DNA of 64,000 nucleotides from Candidatus Oxydemutator sp. GTDB taxonomy: Bacteria; Pseudomonadota; Gammaproteobacteria; Poriferisulfidales; Oxydemutatoraceae. The stretch covers positions 896,001-960,000 of the forward strand of contig OZ241883.1 of the NCBI GenBank assembly GCA_965203445.1. The letters are read 5' to 3'. Positions 1 to 7,682 of the stretch are shown one piece after another. Numbering within the stretch: position 1 is the stretch's first letter; every line of letters begins with the position of its first letter. A model generated the notes under the pieces. The model did not search any database. It was given only the letters and a program-made list of their open reading frames with translations, and was not told the origin of the DNA. Position numbers and translations under genes: made by a program.

Positions 1-874
1 GGACGACAGCCGTGCCCTTGGCACTTCTTGTCATCCCCTTCGTATTTAAATCCTCCAGATGCACTACAGAGTATCTCTCCGATACTTCTTTGGATACATG
101 ATGGCACCAGTTAACTCTCTTCTGTCTTATCTTCCTGCACGTTATCGCATGGGAATGCTTGGCCCTCAAGTATCTGTTGGATGGCTTCACCTTGTGCTTT
201 CTGCTGCCACACTTCCGCCTCGCCATCATCCTCTGATAACGGCGACGACGCGCCTCTAATAAAGTAGTATCAGGCCCTCGATATACAATCCCATCCGAAC
301 AAGTAATCTGACCCACATTCCTATCTATGCCCACTGAATAGTACTCCCGTTTAATCTCTTTCTGTTCCACGGCATAAACTACATACGCATACCAATTCCC
401 GCATTCCCTTTTAACCGTGCCCGACACGGGCTTTGCATCCGGATATGGATTATGACCAAGCAACAGAAACTCGCCTATCTTGGCGATGTGCAAATGGCGT
501 CCCCTTATTCGGAACAAGCCAGATACAAGAGGGAAACTCTCATGATGTACATACCTTGCATGAAACCTCGGCAGCCCGCCCTTCTTGTCATAGAACTTCT
601 TGTATGCAATCTCTATGGGCTTCAAAGATGATTTCACTATGTTGGCCGAGTATTCCTGCAACCAAGGTTCGCAGTGGCGACGTAGCAAAGTGAATTGCTT
701 GCCCAGCGTGTAATACCATGGCTTGCACCTTCCATACGCCAGATACTCGTCCCGTAACTTCCCCACAAAGTGGTTCCATACAAACCGACAAGCACCCGCC
801 AATCCCGCCAACTTGCGGGCTTTGGCCTGCGTACCGGGATGCACTCTGTAGCGGATTGTTCTATGAACCTTCAT
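1..874 (-). CDS. tnpB: TnpB (IS200/IS605/IS1341 OrfB-type RNA-guided endonuclease), 3' end cut by window edge
   Basis: Not in the ORF track. Manual translation from ATG 874: MKVHRTIRYRVHPGTQAKARKLAGLAGACRFVWNHF...GGLPRFH...GNWYAYVVY...SVGIDRNVG (RuvC-I)...WCHHVSKEVSERYSVVHLEDLNTKGMTRSAKGT (RuvC-II); open to position 1. Confidence 0.93.
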   Translation of the reverse strand, partial: MKVHRTIRYRVHPGTQAKARKLAGLAGACRFVWNHFVGKLRDEYLAYGRCKPWYYTLGKQFTLLRRHCEPWLQEYSANIVKSSLKPIEIAYKKFYDKKGGLPRFHARYVHHESFPLVSGLFRIRGRHLHIAKIGEFLLLGHNPYPDAKPVSGTVKRECGNWYAYVVYAVEQKEIKREYYSVGIDRNVGQITCSDGIVYRGPDTTLLEARRRRYQRMMARRKCGSRKHKVKPSNRYLRAKHSHAITCRKIRQKRVNWCHHVSKEVSERYSVVHLEDLNTKGMTRSAKGTAVV

Positions 875-936
875 TGATATTTCTATTTTAATTTGCTTGT
901 CAAGAAATTATCATAAATTATTGGATTATCTGCATT

Positions 937-2049
937 TTATTTGCTTCTTTGCATACAATGGTATATAATTCCCACAATAATTCTACACGCTATCAGGCGA
1001 CCAGAACTTGTACGGGGCCACCACATTCTGGACAAATGGGGTAGTTGTTTTTGGATGGCTTGGCACGGGGTGATATTCCCCAGGCTCCGGTGCGGGCGCT
1101 CGCCGTTGTAGCGTTCCAGATACGTGAACAACGCATCGTTGAAGGCATACAAATCATCAAACAATCTGTCTTCCCGGTAGTCCACGAACTCCTCCTGCAC
1201 GGTTCTGTTGAAGCGCTCGCATAATGCGTTCATCTTCGGACAACGCGGGTAAGTGTAACAGTGTTCTATACCCGCACGCTTCAGGTATTCGTCGAACTCT
1301 CCCTGATACTCGCTGCCGTTGTCCGTCAGTACTTTCTCGATGCGCCCCGGAAACACTTCGCACACCAAGCGCATGAAACACGCCGCGTCGCGACTGCTGG
1401 CGCGACGACTGGCCAACGCCAACGCAAAGCGACTGCTGTGATCCGTCGCCGTGAAGATATGGCGGCGACTGTTGTTCACGAAGCGCACTATCGTATCAAC
1501 CGCCACGCAATGGCCTGCATGCCCGGCATGGAAGTCTTTGCCCAAGCGCGGGCGCGGTCGGCGCTTGAACTCCTTGCGCCGACCGCGACTGTCCAGGCGA
1601 ACCGCCACCTTGCGCATCTTGTCCGGGGCATCCGCTATCAGGCGGCCTATCGTGCGCTCCCCGGGACATCTCACCCCGCGCTCGGCGCACCACGCAACCA
1701 GCAGCACGTGAACCTTCTCCTTGCCTAAATTCGGGTGGCGCTCGCGCAAGCGTCTGATCTCTTGGACCACCGCCACCGGCCACCGCCGCACCCGCCTGTT
1801 CTTGGGCGCCTTGCTGACGTCGTGCAACCCACTGAGACCGCCTTCGCGGTGGCGCTTGCGCCACGCATACAGGGTGCTGCGCGAAACCCCGAAGGCGTCT
1901 TGGGTTGCAGGCAAGCCATGATTATCCCAGAATATCAGGGCGTCGTATTTGCGTTCGGCACTCGTTGCCATGATAGCCTCCATTCGGTTTGCATAGGAAG
2001 CTATTTTACGCAACCCTGGGACGCGGTAGCCGACGTGCTTTATTTGCAT
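937..2049 (-). CDS. IS481-family DDE transposase (HTH + rve integrase core)
   Basis: VSRSTLYAW HTH, VAVDT, LTDNGSEY, ERFNRTVQEE, YNGERPHRSL; reading frame runs through the right TIR and stops in flanking DNA. Confidence 0.93.
   Translation of the reverse strand: MQIKHVGYRVPGLRKIASYANRMEAIMATSAERKYDALIFWDNHGLPATQDAFGVSRSTLYAWRKRHREGGLSGLHDVSKAPKNRRVRRWPVAVVQEIRRLRERHPNLGKEKVHVLLVAWCAERGVRCPGERTIGRLIADAPDKMRKVAVRLDSRGRRKEFKRRPRPRLGKDFHAGHAGHCVAVDTIVRFVNNSRRHIFTATDHSSRFALALASRRASSRDAACFMRLVCEVFPGRIEKVLTDNGSEYQGEFDEYLKRAGIEHCYTYPRCPKMNALCERFNRTVQEEFVDYREDRLFDDLYAFNDALFTYLERYNGERPHRSLGNITPCQAIQKQLPHLSRMWWPRTSSGRLIACRIIVGIIYHCMQRSK
941..969 (+). promoter_or_regulatory. sigma70-like promoter, probably the original promoter of the RM pair
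   Basis: TTGCTT (941-946), 17 nt, TATAAT (964-969), pointing at the IS insertion site and the REase beyond it. Confidence 0.6.
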
Positions 2050-2104
2050 GTCGGCTACCTTTCTGCGGCTAAGATATTGTCCAGAATGTTTCTGGCCCTA
2101 TACA
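1009..2104 (-). mobile_element. Complete IS481-family insertion sequence (1096 bp)
   Basis: TGT...ACA ends; imperfect TIRs TGTACGGGGCCACCACATTCTGGACAA / TGTATAGGGCCAGAAACATTCTGGACAA; 5-bp target duplication GAACT at 1004-1008 and 2105-2109. Confidence 0.93.
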
Positions 2105-2125
2105 GAACTGACTGGCAGAAAAATA

Positions 2126-2782
2126 ATGGCAAAATCAAAGCTTACCGTTGACGCACTCAAAACCGAAGCCGGGACATTTGCCGTGGCCGAGTCAACGCAC
2201 CATGAACCCAGCCTTTTCGGTGTAACCGACGGCAAGGCCATCGGCACGTATTTTGAGCACAAATTCCGCGGCCGTCTCCGCAAAAGATTTGACTTTGCAG
2301 AGGGGTCATCGGCCAAAGGAATTGACTTTCCAGGCCTTGGCGTGGACGTGAAAGTCACAAGCGTCAAACAACCTCAGTCCTCCTGCCCGTACGAGTCCGC
2401 CAGACAGAAAATATTCGGACTCGGCTACTCCATTCTGGTTTTTGCGTACGACAAGACGGAGGATCCGGCGACCCGGACCGGGCAACTGAACGTCCGACAC
2501 GCCATCTTCATCGAAAAAGAGCAGACGGCCGATTTTCAGACGACGACGGGCATTCGCAAGATACTCGAAAATCAAGGGAACAAGGATGACTTGCTCTCCT
2601 TTCTTCAGGAGCGCATGCTACCCGTCGACGAGATCGAGGCGCTCAGGATTGCCGACGACTTGCTGAAAACTCCTCCAAAAATCGGCTACCTGACCATATC
2701 CAATGCGTTGCAGTGGAGATTGCAGTATCGCCGCGTCATAGACGCCGCAGATGCCGCGCCCGGCGTAACCAGGCTCAAGTAA
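2126..2782 (+). CDS. Type II restriction endonuclease, NspV-like
   Basis: GVTDGKAIGTYFEHKF, GIDFPGLGVDVKVTS (PD-(D/E)xK), ISNALQWRLQY; adjacent to MTase; true start ATG 2126 (the ORF-track start lies inside the IS). Confidence 0.8.
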   Translation: MAKSKLTVDALKTEAGTFAVAESTHHEPSLFGVTDGKAIGTYFEHKFRGRLRKRFDFAEGSSAKGIDFPGLGVDVKVTSVKQPQSSCPYESARQKIFGLGYSILVFAYDKTEDPATRTGQLNVRHAIFIEKEQTADFQTTTGIRKILENQGNKDDLLSFLQERMLPVDEIEALRIADDLLKTPPKIGYLTISNALQWRLQYRRVIDAADAAPGVTRLK

Positions 2783-2784
2783 AA

Positions 2785-4353
2785 ATGTCTCGGAAACAGC
2801 CGGCCGCGGTCGAGTTCGGCGACTTTCAGACGCCGCCGGATCTTGCGCGGCGCGTTTGTGCGGTCGTAGCACGTTCCGGTTTCCGCCCGGCCTCTATCGT
2901 CGAACCAAGCTGCGGGCGCGGCGCCTTCCTGCAGGCGGCCCTTAAGGCGTTTCCCGACGCCCGCCGTTTTCTCGGCGCGGATCGAAATCCGGGACACGTG
3001 CAAGCAGCCAGGACGCTCCTCGCCCATGCCGACGGCAACGGGCGGATACAGATAATACAGAGCGACTTTTTCGACGCCGACTGGACGACCCTCACGGCCG
3101 GCCTGCCGAAACCGCTCCTGATCGTGGGCAATCCGCCTTGGGTAACCAATGCCGCCCTGGGGGCCTTGGGGAGTACGAATCTTCCGAAAAAAGCCAATCA
3201 GGACGGACTTCGAGGTATAGCCGCGCTGACCGGGAAATCAAACTTCGACATATCGGAGTGGATGTTGCGGGAGAATCTTGCGTGGCTCGCCGCGGCCTCG
3301 GGAACATTGGCCGTTCTCTGCAAAACGACGGTGGCGAGAAGGGTGCTCAGCCACGCATGGTCGAACAAACTGCCAATCGCGTCCGCCGCAATGTATCGCA
3401 TTGACGCGAAACTCCACTTTGGCGCCGCGGTCGACGCGTGCCTGCTGATCGTGCGCTGCGGCCCGGGCGCGGCATCAATGGACTGCCGCGATTACCCTAC
3501 TCTCGAAGCCGCAACGCCCGGCACCTCCTTCGGGCTTCGGGACGGCACCTTGATCGCCGATATTCGTCGCTACGAGCAGTGGCACGACCTGCTCGGGCGC
3601 GGCCTCAGCGGATGGCGCTCGGGAATCAAACACGATTGCAGCAAGGTCTTTGAGCTCGACCAGCATAAGACCGGATACGAAAACGGCTTGGGGACAAAAG
3701 TGCAAATCGAAGCCGACGTGGTCTTCCCTCTGCTCAAAAGTTCGGACATAGCCGCGAGAAAACGCCCTCGCAAATGGATGCTCGTACCGCACAAGACGAT
3801 GATCGCATCGCCCGAGAAACTCCGGCGCCAGGCTCCCAAGGCGTGGCGGTATCTCGTTGCGAACGCGCCCCTCGTGGAAAAGCGCCGCAGCACGATCTAT
3901 CGCAACCGGCCGCGCTTCTCGATCTTCGGAGTGGGGGAGTATTCCTTTTCGCGCTGGAAAGTCGCGATCTCAGGTTTGTACAAAAAACTCGACTTCGTCG
4001 AGGTCCCTCCCTTTCAGAATCGGCCGGTTGTATTCGACGACACGTGTTATTTTTTCGCCTGCAATTCGGCGCAGGAGTGCCGGACGTTGCAGCGGCTGGT
4101 CGCGTCCCGGCCGGCCCAGGAATTCTGGTCGGCCTTCGTGTTCTGGGACGCCAAGCGCCCGATCACGGCACAAATACTCAACCTTCTCGATTTTGCGGCC
4201 GTGGCGCGCGTGCTGGGCGTACGATCCGACGTCGCGCGCGCCCTTGCCGACCGGCAATTGGTGCAATACACCGAAAAACCCTGCCAACAAATGCTCATCA
4301 GAGAGCACCGCCGAAAGAACCCCGTCCATCCAAACGTCACCGACTACGACTAA
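2785..4353 (+). CDS. Adenine DNA methyltransferase (gamma class), M.NspV-like
   Basis: FGDFQTP, VEPSCGRGAF (motif I), GNPPW (motif IV); starts 3 nt after the REase stop. Confidence 0.88.
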   Translation: MSRKQPAAVEFGDFQTPPDLARRVCAVVARSGFRPASIVEPSCGRGAFLQAALKAFPDARRFLGADRNPGHVQAARTLLAHADGNGRIQIIQSDFFDADWTTLTAGLPKPLLIVGNPPWVTNAALGALGSTNLPKKANQDGLRGIAALTGKSNFDISEWMLRENLAWLAAASGTLAVLCKTTVARRVLSHAWSNKLPIASAAMYRIDAKLHFGAAVDACLLIVRCGPGAASMDCRDYPTLEAATPGTSFGLRDGTLIADIRRYEQWHDLLGRGLSGWRSGIKHDCSKVFELDQHKTGYENGLGTKVQIEADVVFPLLKSSDIAARKRPRKWMLVPHKTMIASPEKLRRQAPKAWRYLVANAPLVEKRRSTIYRNRPRFSIFGVGEYSFSRWKVAISGLYKKLDFVEVPPFQNRPVVFDDTCYFFACNSAQECRTLQRLVASRPAQEFWSAFVFWDAKRPITAQILNLLDFAAVARVLGVRSDVARALADRQLVQYTEKPCQQMLIREHRRKNPVHPNVTDYD

Positions 4354-4369
4354 ACGGCAAATACCAGGA

Positions 4370-4444
4370 CTATGCAAATTGCATAGCCGAATCATTCAAG
4401 GGAGCCCCTGATAATTACGTTTTCAAGAAGACATGCTTGAAAAC
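4370..4444. promoter_or_regulatory. Two palindromes upstream of the DUF4143 ATPase
   Basis: CTATGCAAATTGCATAG (4370-4386) and GTTTTCAAG-N8-CTTGAAAAC (4419-4444). Confidence 0.4.
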
Positions 4445-4593
4445 TGTCGCTGGCATCGAGACCACGCCCGCACCAGTGAACGCGACCGCGCCCATGCGAT
4501 CTTTGCCTTCTCGAATCCAGGGCCGTTCCGGCCTTATAAACCAGTAAGGGTTTCAGTGGGCAACCTGTGCTATTATTGTTGAATATCTTACCT

Positions 4594-5772
4594 ATGAAGC
4601 ACGATATACAACAATCTTTTGCCCGCTCCGGCTTGGTGAAAACGACTACCGCCATGCTTTCCGAAGCGCCGGTCGTGGCGCTGTTGGGCGCGCGGCAGGT
4701 CGGCAAGACGACGCTGGCCGGGAAGGTGGCGTCGGCATGGCCCGGCGGACTTGCGACGTTCTTCGATCTGGAGACGGCCGCCGGCAAGCAGGCGTTGTCG
4801 GAGACTCCCGAGAAACTGTTGCGCGACAGCGAGGGCCTGGTCGTCCTCGACGAAGTACAGCGTATGCCGGAACTGTTCGAGGTGCTGCGCCCGATCTGCG
4901 ACGACCCCGACCGCAAGGCGGCGTTTCTGCTGTTGGGCAGCGCCTCCTGGGACTTGATCCGGGGAGTATCCGAGACCTTGGCGGGAAGGATACTGTTCAT
5001 CAACATGGGCGGCTTTTCGCTGGCCGAGGTAGAACCGCAAAACCAGGATCGGCTTTGGATGCGCGGCGGTTTCCCGCGCGCCTGGCTGGCGCGGTCGGCG
5101 GCGGCATGGACGCGCTGGATGGATGCGTTCACGCGTACGTTCATCGAGCGCGACGTGCCAGGATTGGGCTCGAAGGTGTCGCCCGAGGCGCTGGGGCGCT
5201 TTTGGAGAATGCTGGCGCATTATCACGGACAGAACTGGAACGCCGCGGAGTTGGCGCGCTCGATGGACGTGAGCGTCAAGGCCGTGAACCATTACCGCGA
5301 TCTGCTGGCGGGCGCCTTCATGATTCGGATCCTGCCGCCGTGGTTCGAGAACCTCGGCAAGCGCATCGTCAAGTCGCCCAAGGTGTTCCTGCGCGACAGC
5401 GGCGTCCTGCATTTCCTGCTGGGGCTTGAGGACGACAAGGAATTGCCGCTGCATCCGCGCTACGGCGCGAGCTGGGAGGGATTCGCGCTGGAGCAGACGC
5501 TGCTCGCCCACGGCGCGCACGAGGCGTACTTCTACGCCACCCAGCGCGGCGCCGAACTCGACCTGCTGCTGCTGCGACGGGGGCTGCGCTGGGGGTTCGA
5601 GTTCAAATGCACCGACGCGCCGCGCACGACCAAGTCCATGCACGGCGTCAGCAAAGACCTGGGGCTTGCGCACTTGTGGGTGATCTACCCCGGCGACCGC
5701 GAATACCCTCTCGCCGACGCCATCACCGCGCTGCCGCTGAAAAACATCCACGACCTCGCGCTGCGACGGTGA
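4594..5772 (+). CDS. AAA_14 ATPase with DUF4143 domain
   Basis: GARQVGKTT Walker A, LDEVQ Walker B, LLGSAS, RGGFP, KSPKVFLRDSG, ELDLL...FEFK. Confidence 0.9.
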   Translation: MKHDIQQSFARSGLVKTTTAMLSEAPVVALLGARQVGKTTLAGKVASAWPGGLATFFDLETAAGKQALSETPEKLLRDSEGLVVLDEVQRMPELFEVLRPICDDPDRKAAFLLLGSASWDLIRGVSETLAGRILFINMGGFSLAEVEPQNQDRLWMRGGFPRAWLARSAAAWTRWMDAFTRTFIERDVPGLGSKVSPEALGRFWRMLAHYHGQNWNAAELARSMDVSVKAVNHYRDLLAGAFMIRILPPWFENLGKRIVKSPKVFLRDSGVLHFLLGLEDDKELPLHPRYGASWEGFALEQTLLAHGAHEAYFYATQRGAELDLLLLRRGLRWGFEFKCTDAPRTTKSMHGVSKDLGLAHLWVIYPGDREYPLADAITALPLKNIHDLALRR

Positions 5773-5791
5773 CCGGCGCACCCTTGCTATC

Positions 5792-6616
5792 ATGACGCGC
5801 GTGAAACGACTGAAACACGCCTGCGAGCGGGTCGCGCAAACGCGCGCCTTCGACAACGTCGTCATCGGCATGATACTGGCGACCGCGCTCGGTCTCGGCA
5901 TGGACACCGACGCCGCGCTGCACGCGCGTTTCGGCGCGCTCATCGGCTGGGTCTATCAGGCGGCGCTGGCGGTCTTCGTCGTCGAGGCCGCGGTCAAGCT
6001 CACGGCCGTCGCGCCGCGCTTCGAGCGCTATTTCCGCGACGGCTGGAACCTGTTCGATTTCAGCGTGCTCGTGCTGGCGCTGATACCGGCCACCGGCCAG
6101 TTCGCGCTGATCGCGCGGCTTGCGCGGCTGCTGCGGGTGCTGCGCCTGGTAACCGTGGTGCCGCAACTGCGCGTCATCGTCGCAACCCTGATCCGGTCGC
6201 TGCCGGGACTCGGCCACGTGATGCTGCTGCTGCTGGTGCTCTACTACGTGTACGCGGTGGCCGGCGTCCACCTGTTCGGCGACCACGACCCGACACACTG
6301 GCGCTCGCTCGGCATCGCGCTGCTGACGCTGTTTCGCGTGATGACGCTCGAGGACTGGACCGACGTGATGTACGTCGCAATGGAACTGCACCCGATGAGC
6401 TGGCTGTTCTTTGTCAGCTTCGTGCTGATCGCCGCGGTCATCATGATCAACCTCGTGATCGCGGTGGTGATCAACAATCTGCACGACGCGCGCCTCGAGG
6501 CGACGCTGGCGCAAGACGACAAGACCTTGGAAACCATCCGCAAAGACGCGGCCCACGCCCGCGACGCGCTGCAACGCATCGAAGCGCACGTCGAACGCCT
6601 GGACAAAGGGCCGTGA
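5792..6616 (+). CDS. Prokaryotic voltage-gated Na+/Ca2+ channel (BacNav-like ion transporter)
   Basis: Six TM segments, WNLFDF, S4 RLARLLRVLRLV, filter TLEDWTD, C-terminal coiled coil. Confidence 0.9.
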   Translation: MTRVKRLKHACERVAQTRAFDNVVIGMILATALGLGMDTDAALHARFGALIGWVYQAALAVFVVEAAVKLTAVAPRFERYFRDGWNLFDFSVLVLALIPATGQFALIARLARLLRVLRLVTVVPQLRVIVATLIRSLPGLGHVMLLLLVLYYVYAVAGVHLFGDHDPTHWRSLGIALLTLFRVMTLEDWTDVMYVAMELHPMSWLFFVSFVLIAAVIMINLVIAVVINNLHDARLEATLAQDDKTLETIRKDAAHARDALQRIEAHVERLDKGP

Positions 6617-6619
6617 AAA

Positions 6620-6646
6620 ATCAAACCCTCTCCCAAAGGGAGAGGG
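6620..6646 (+). repeat. Single REP-like palindrome, same family as the 19.7-20.2 kb array
   Basis: ATCAAACCCTCTCCC-AAA-GGGAGAGGG. Confidence 0.75.
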
Positions 6647-6652
6647 AGAATT

Positions 6653-6678
6653 TTGTCCGGTATACATTGGCCCATACA
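6653..6678 (+). mobile_element. Isolated IS481-like terminal repeat
   Basis: TTGTCCGGTATACATTGGCCCATACA resembles the IS ends TTGTCCAGAATG...GGCCC(C/T)(G/A)TACA. Confidence 0.6.
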
Positions 6679-6683
6679 GGCGG

Positions 6684-6712
6684 TTGACTTTCTGCCAGCA
6701 ATAGCGCATCAT
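6684..6712 (+). promoter_or_regulatory. sigma70-like promoter ahead of structured RNA and DUF3800
   Basis: TTGACT, 17 nt, CATCAT. Confidence 0.45.
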
Positions 6713-6721
6713 TAGTCATCA

Positions 6722-6785
6722 GCGGTTGGGAGGGCTGTGGACACACGGTTCGTTGAGGCCAGGTGCCTCACCCGGCCGCGTTTTT
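6722..6785 (+). ncRNA. Candidate DUF3800-associated structured RNA (three-way junction followed by U5)
   Basis: P1 GCGGUUGGG/CCCGGCCGC, P2 GGCUGUG-GACA-CACGGUU, P3 UGAGGC-CAGGU-GCCUCA, several G-U pairs. Confidence 0.6.
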
Positions 6786-6816
6786 ATGTACCGCTTTTAT
6801 GTAACTTTGGACCCGC

Positions 6817-7578
6817 ATGCATTTACTATACCTGGACGGGTCCGGTTCCGTGAAAAATCCGGACGAGCGTTACTTCGTGCTTGCTGGTATTTCCGTGTTC
6901 GAGCGGCAGATCTACCATCTGATTTCTGCAACCGACGCATTCATTACCTCTCTCGATATAGGTGATGCCCACGATATTGAGTTACACGGGAGCATCATGG
7001 CAAACGGGAAGAAAGCCCCGTGGAAGAGTATTGCACGGAAAAGGCGCCTTGACGTCATTGAGCGTAGCTTAGGCCTGCTACGCGACGCTCACTGGGGTAT
7101 AAGAGCCTTCGCCGTGGCCGTGGACAAGCGCGCGGTATCTCCCAATGATCCCGTCACATATGCCTTTGAAGAAATTTGTAACCGTTTCAATTGGTTTCTC
7201 TCGCGGTTGTGGAGAAGCAAAAAAGAAAAGCAGCGCGGCCTCGTCATAATGGACAACTCACATTATGAAGAGACTTTGCAGGGATTAGCCCGTCGTTTCC
7301 GCGAGCGAGGCACACAGTGGGGAAAACTCCACAATCTTGCCGAAGTTCCTTTGTTCGTTGACTCTGCCGCCTCGCGTCTGATCCAGCTAGCCGACCTGCT
7401 GGCTTGGGCGGTTTTGAGGCGCTACGAGCGTAGCGACACGCGCTACTTCGATCAGGTTGTTCGTCGCTTTGATCGAGAGGGCGGAGTGTTGCACGGCTTG
7501 GTACATCGCAAGAGTCCGAATGATGCTTGCCATTGTCCGGCGTGCATGTCCCGCTCATATCGAGGCAATAACCAGTAA
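6817..7578 (+). CDS. DUF3800 domain protein (RNase H-like fold)
   Basis: N-terminal LLYLDGSG, ELHG, VIMD, C-terminal DS...LIQLADLLA. Confidence 0.85.
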   Translation: MHLLYLDGSGSVKNPDERYFVLAGISVFERQIYHLISATDAFITSLDIGDAHDIELHGSIMANGKKAPWKSIARKRRLDVIERSLGLLRDAHWGIRAFAVAVDKRAVSPNDPVTYAFEEICNRFNWFLSRLWRSKKEKQRGLVIMDNSHYEETLQGLARRFRERGTQWGKLHNLAEVPLFVDSAASRLIQLADLLAWAVLRRYERSDTRYFDQVVRRFDREGGVLHGLVHRKSPNDACHCPACMSRSYRGNNQ

Positions 7579-7682
7579 ATCGGGTTCGCCTTTTCGCACT
7601 ATTCATGGCGCATGGCGGCCGCCGGAAAATGTTATCAGCATAAGGGATAGGTGAGATAGTGTTGTAATATCCGTATGAGATT

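Noticed and set aside
59-791. Short ORF-track calls 59-259, 433-693 and 588-791
   Set aside because: Shadows of the tnpB frame on the minus strand.
1-2104. tnpB and the IS481 transposase as one element
   Set aside because: The IS481 TIRs and target duplication exclude tnpB; the adjacency looks incidental.
2048-2125. N-terminal extension of the REase (MSATFLRL...)
   Set aside because: Derived from the IS left end; the same peptide appears at the second IS copy near 63843.
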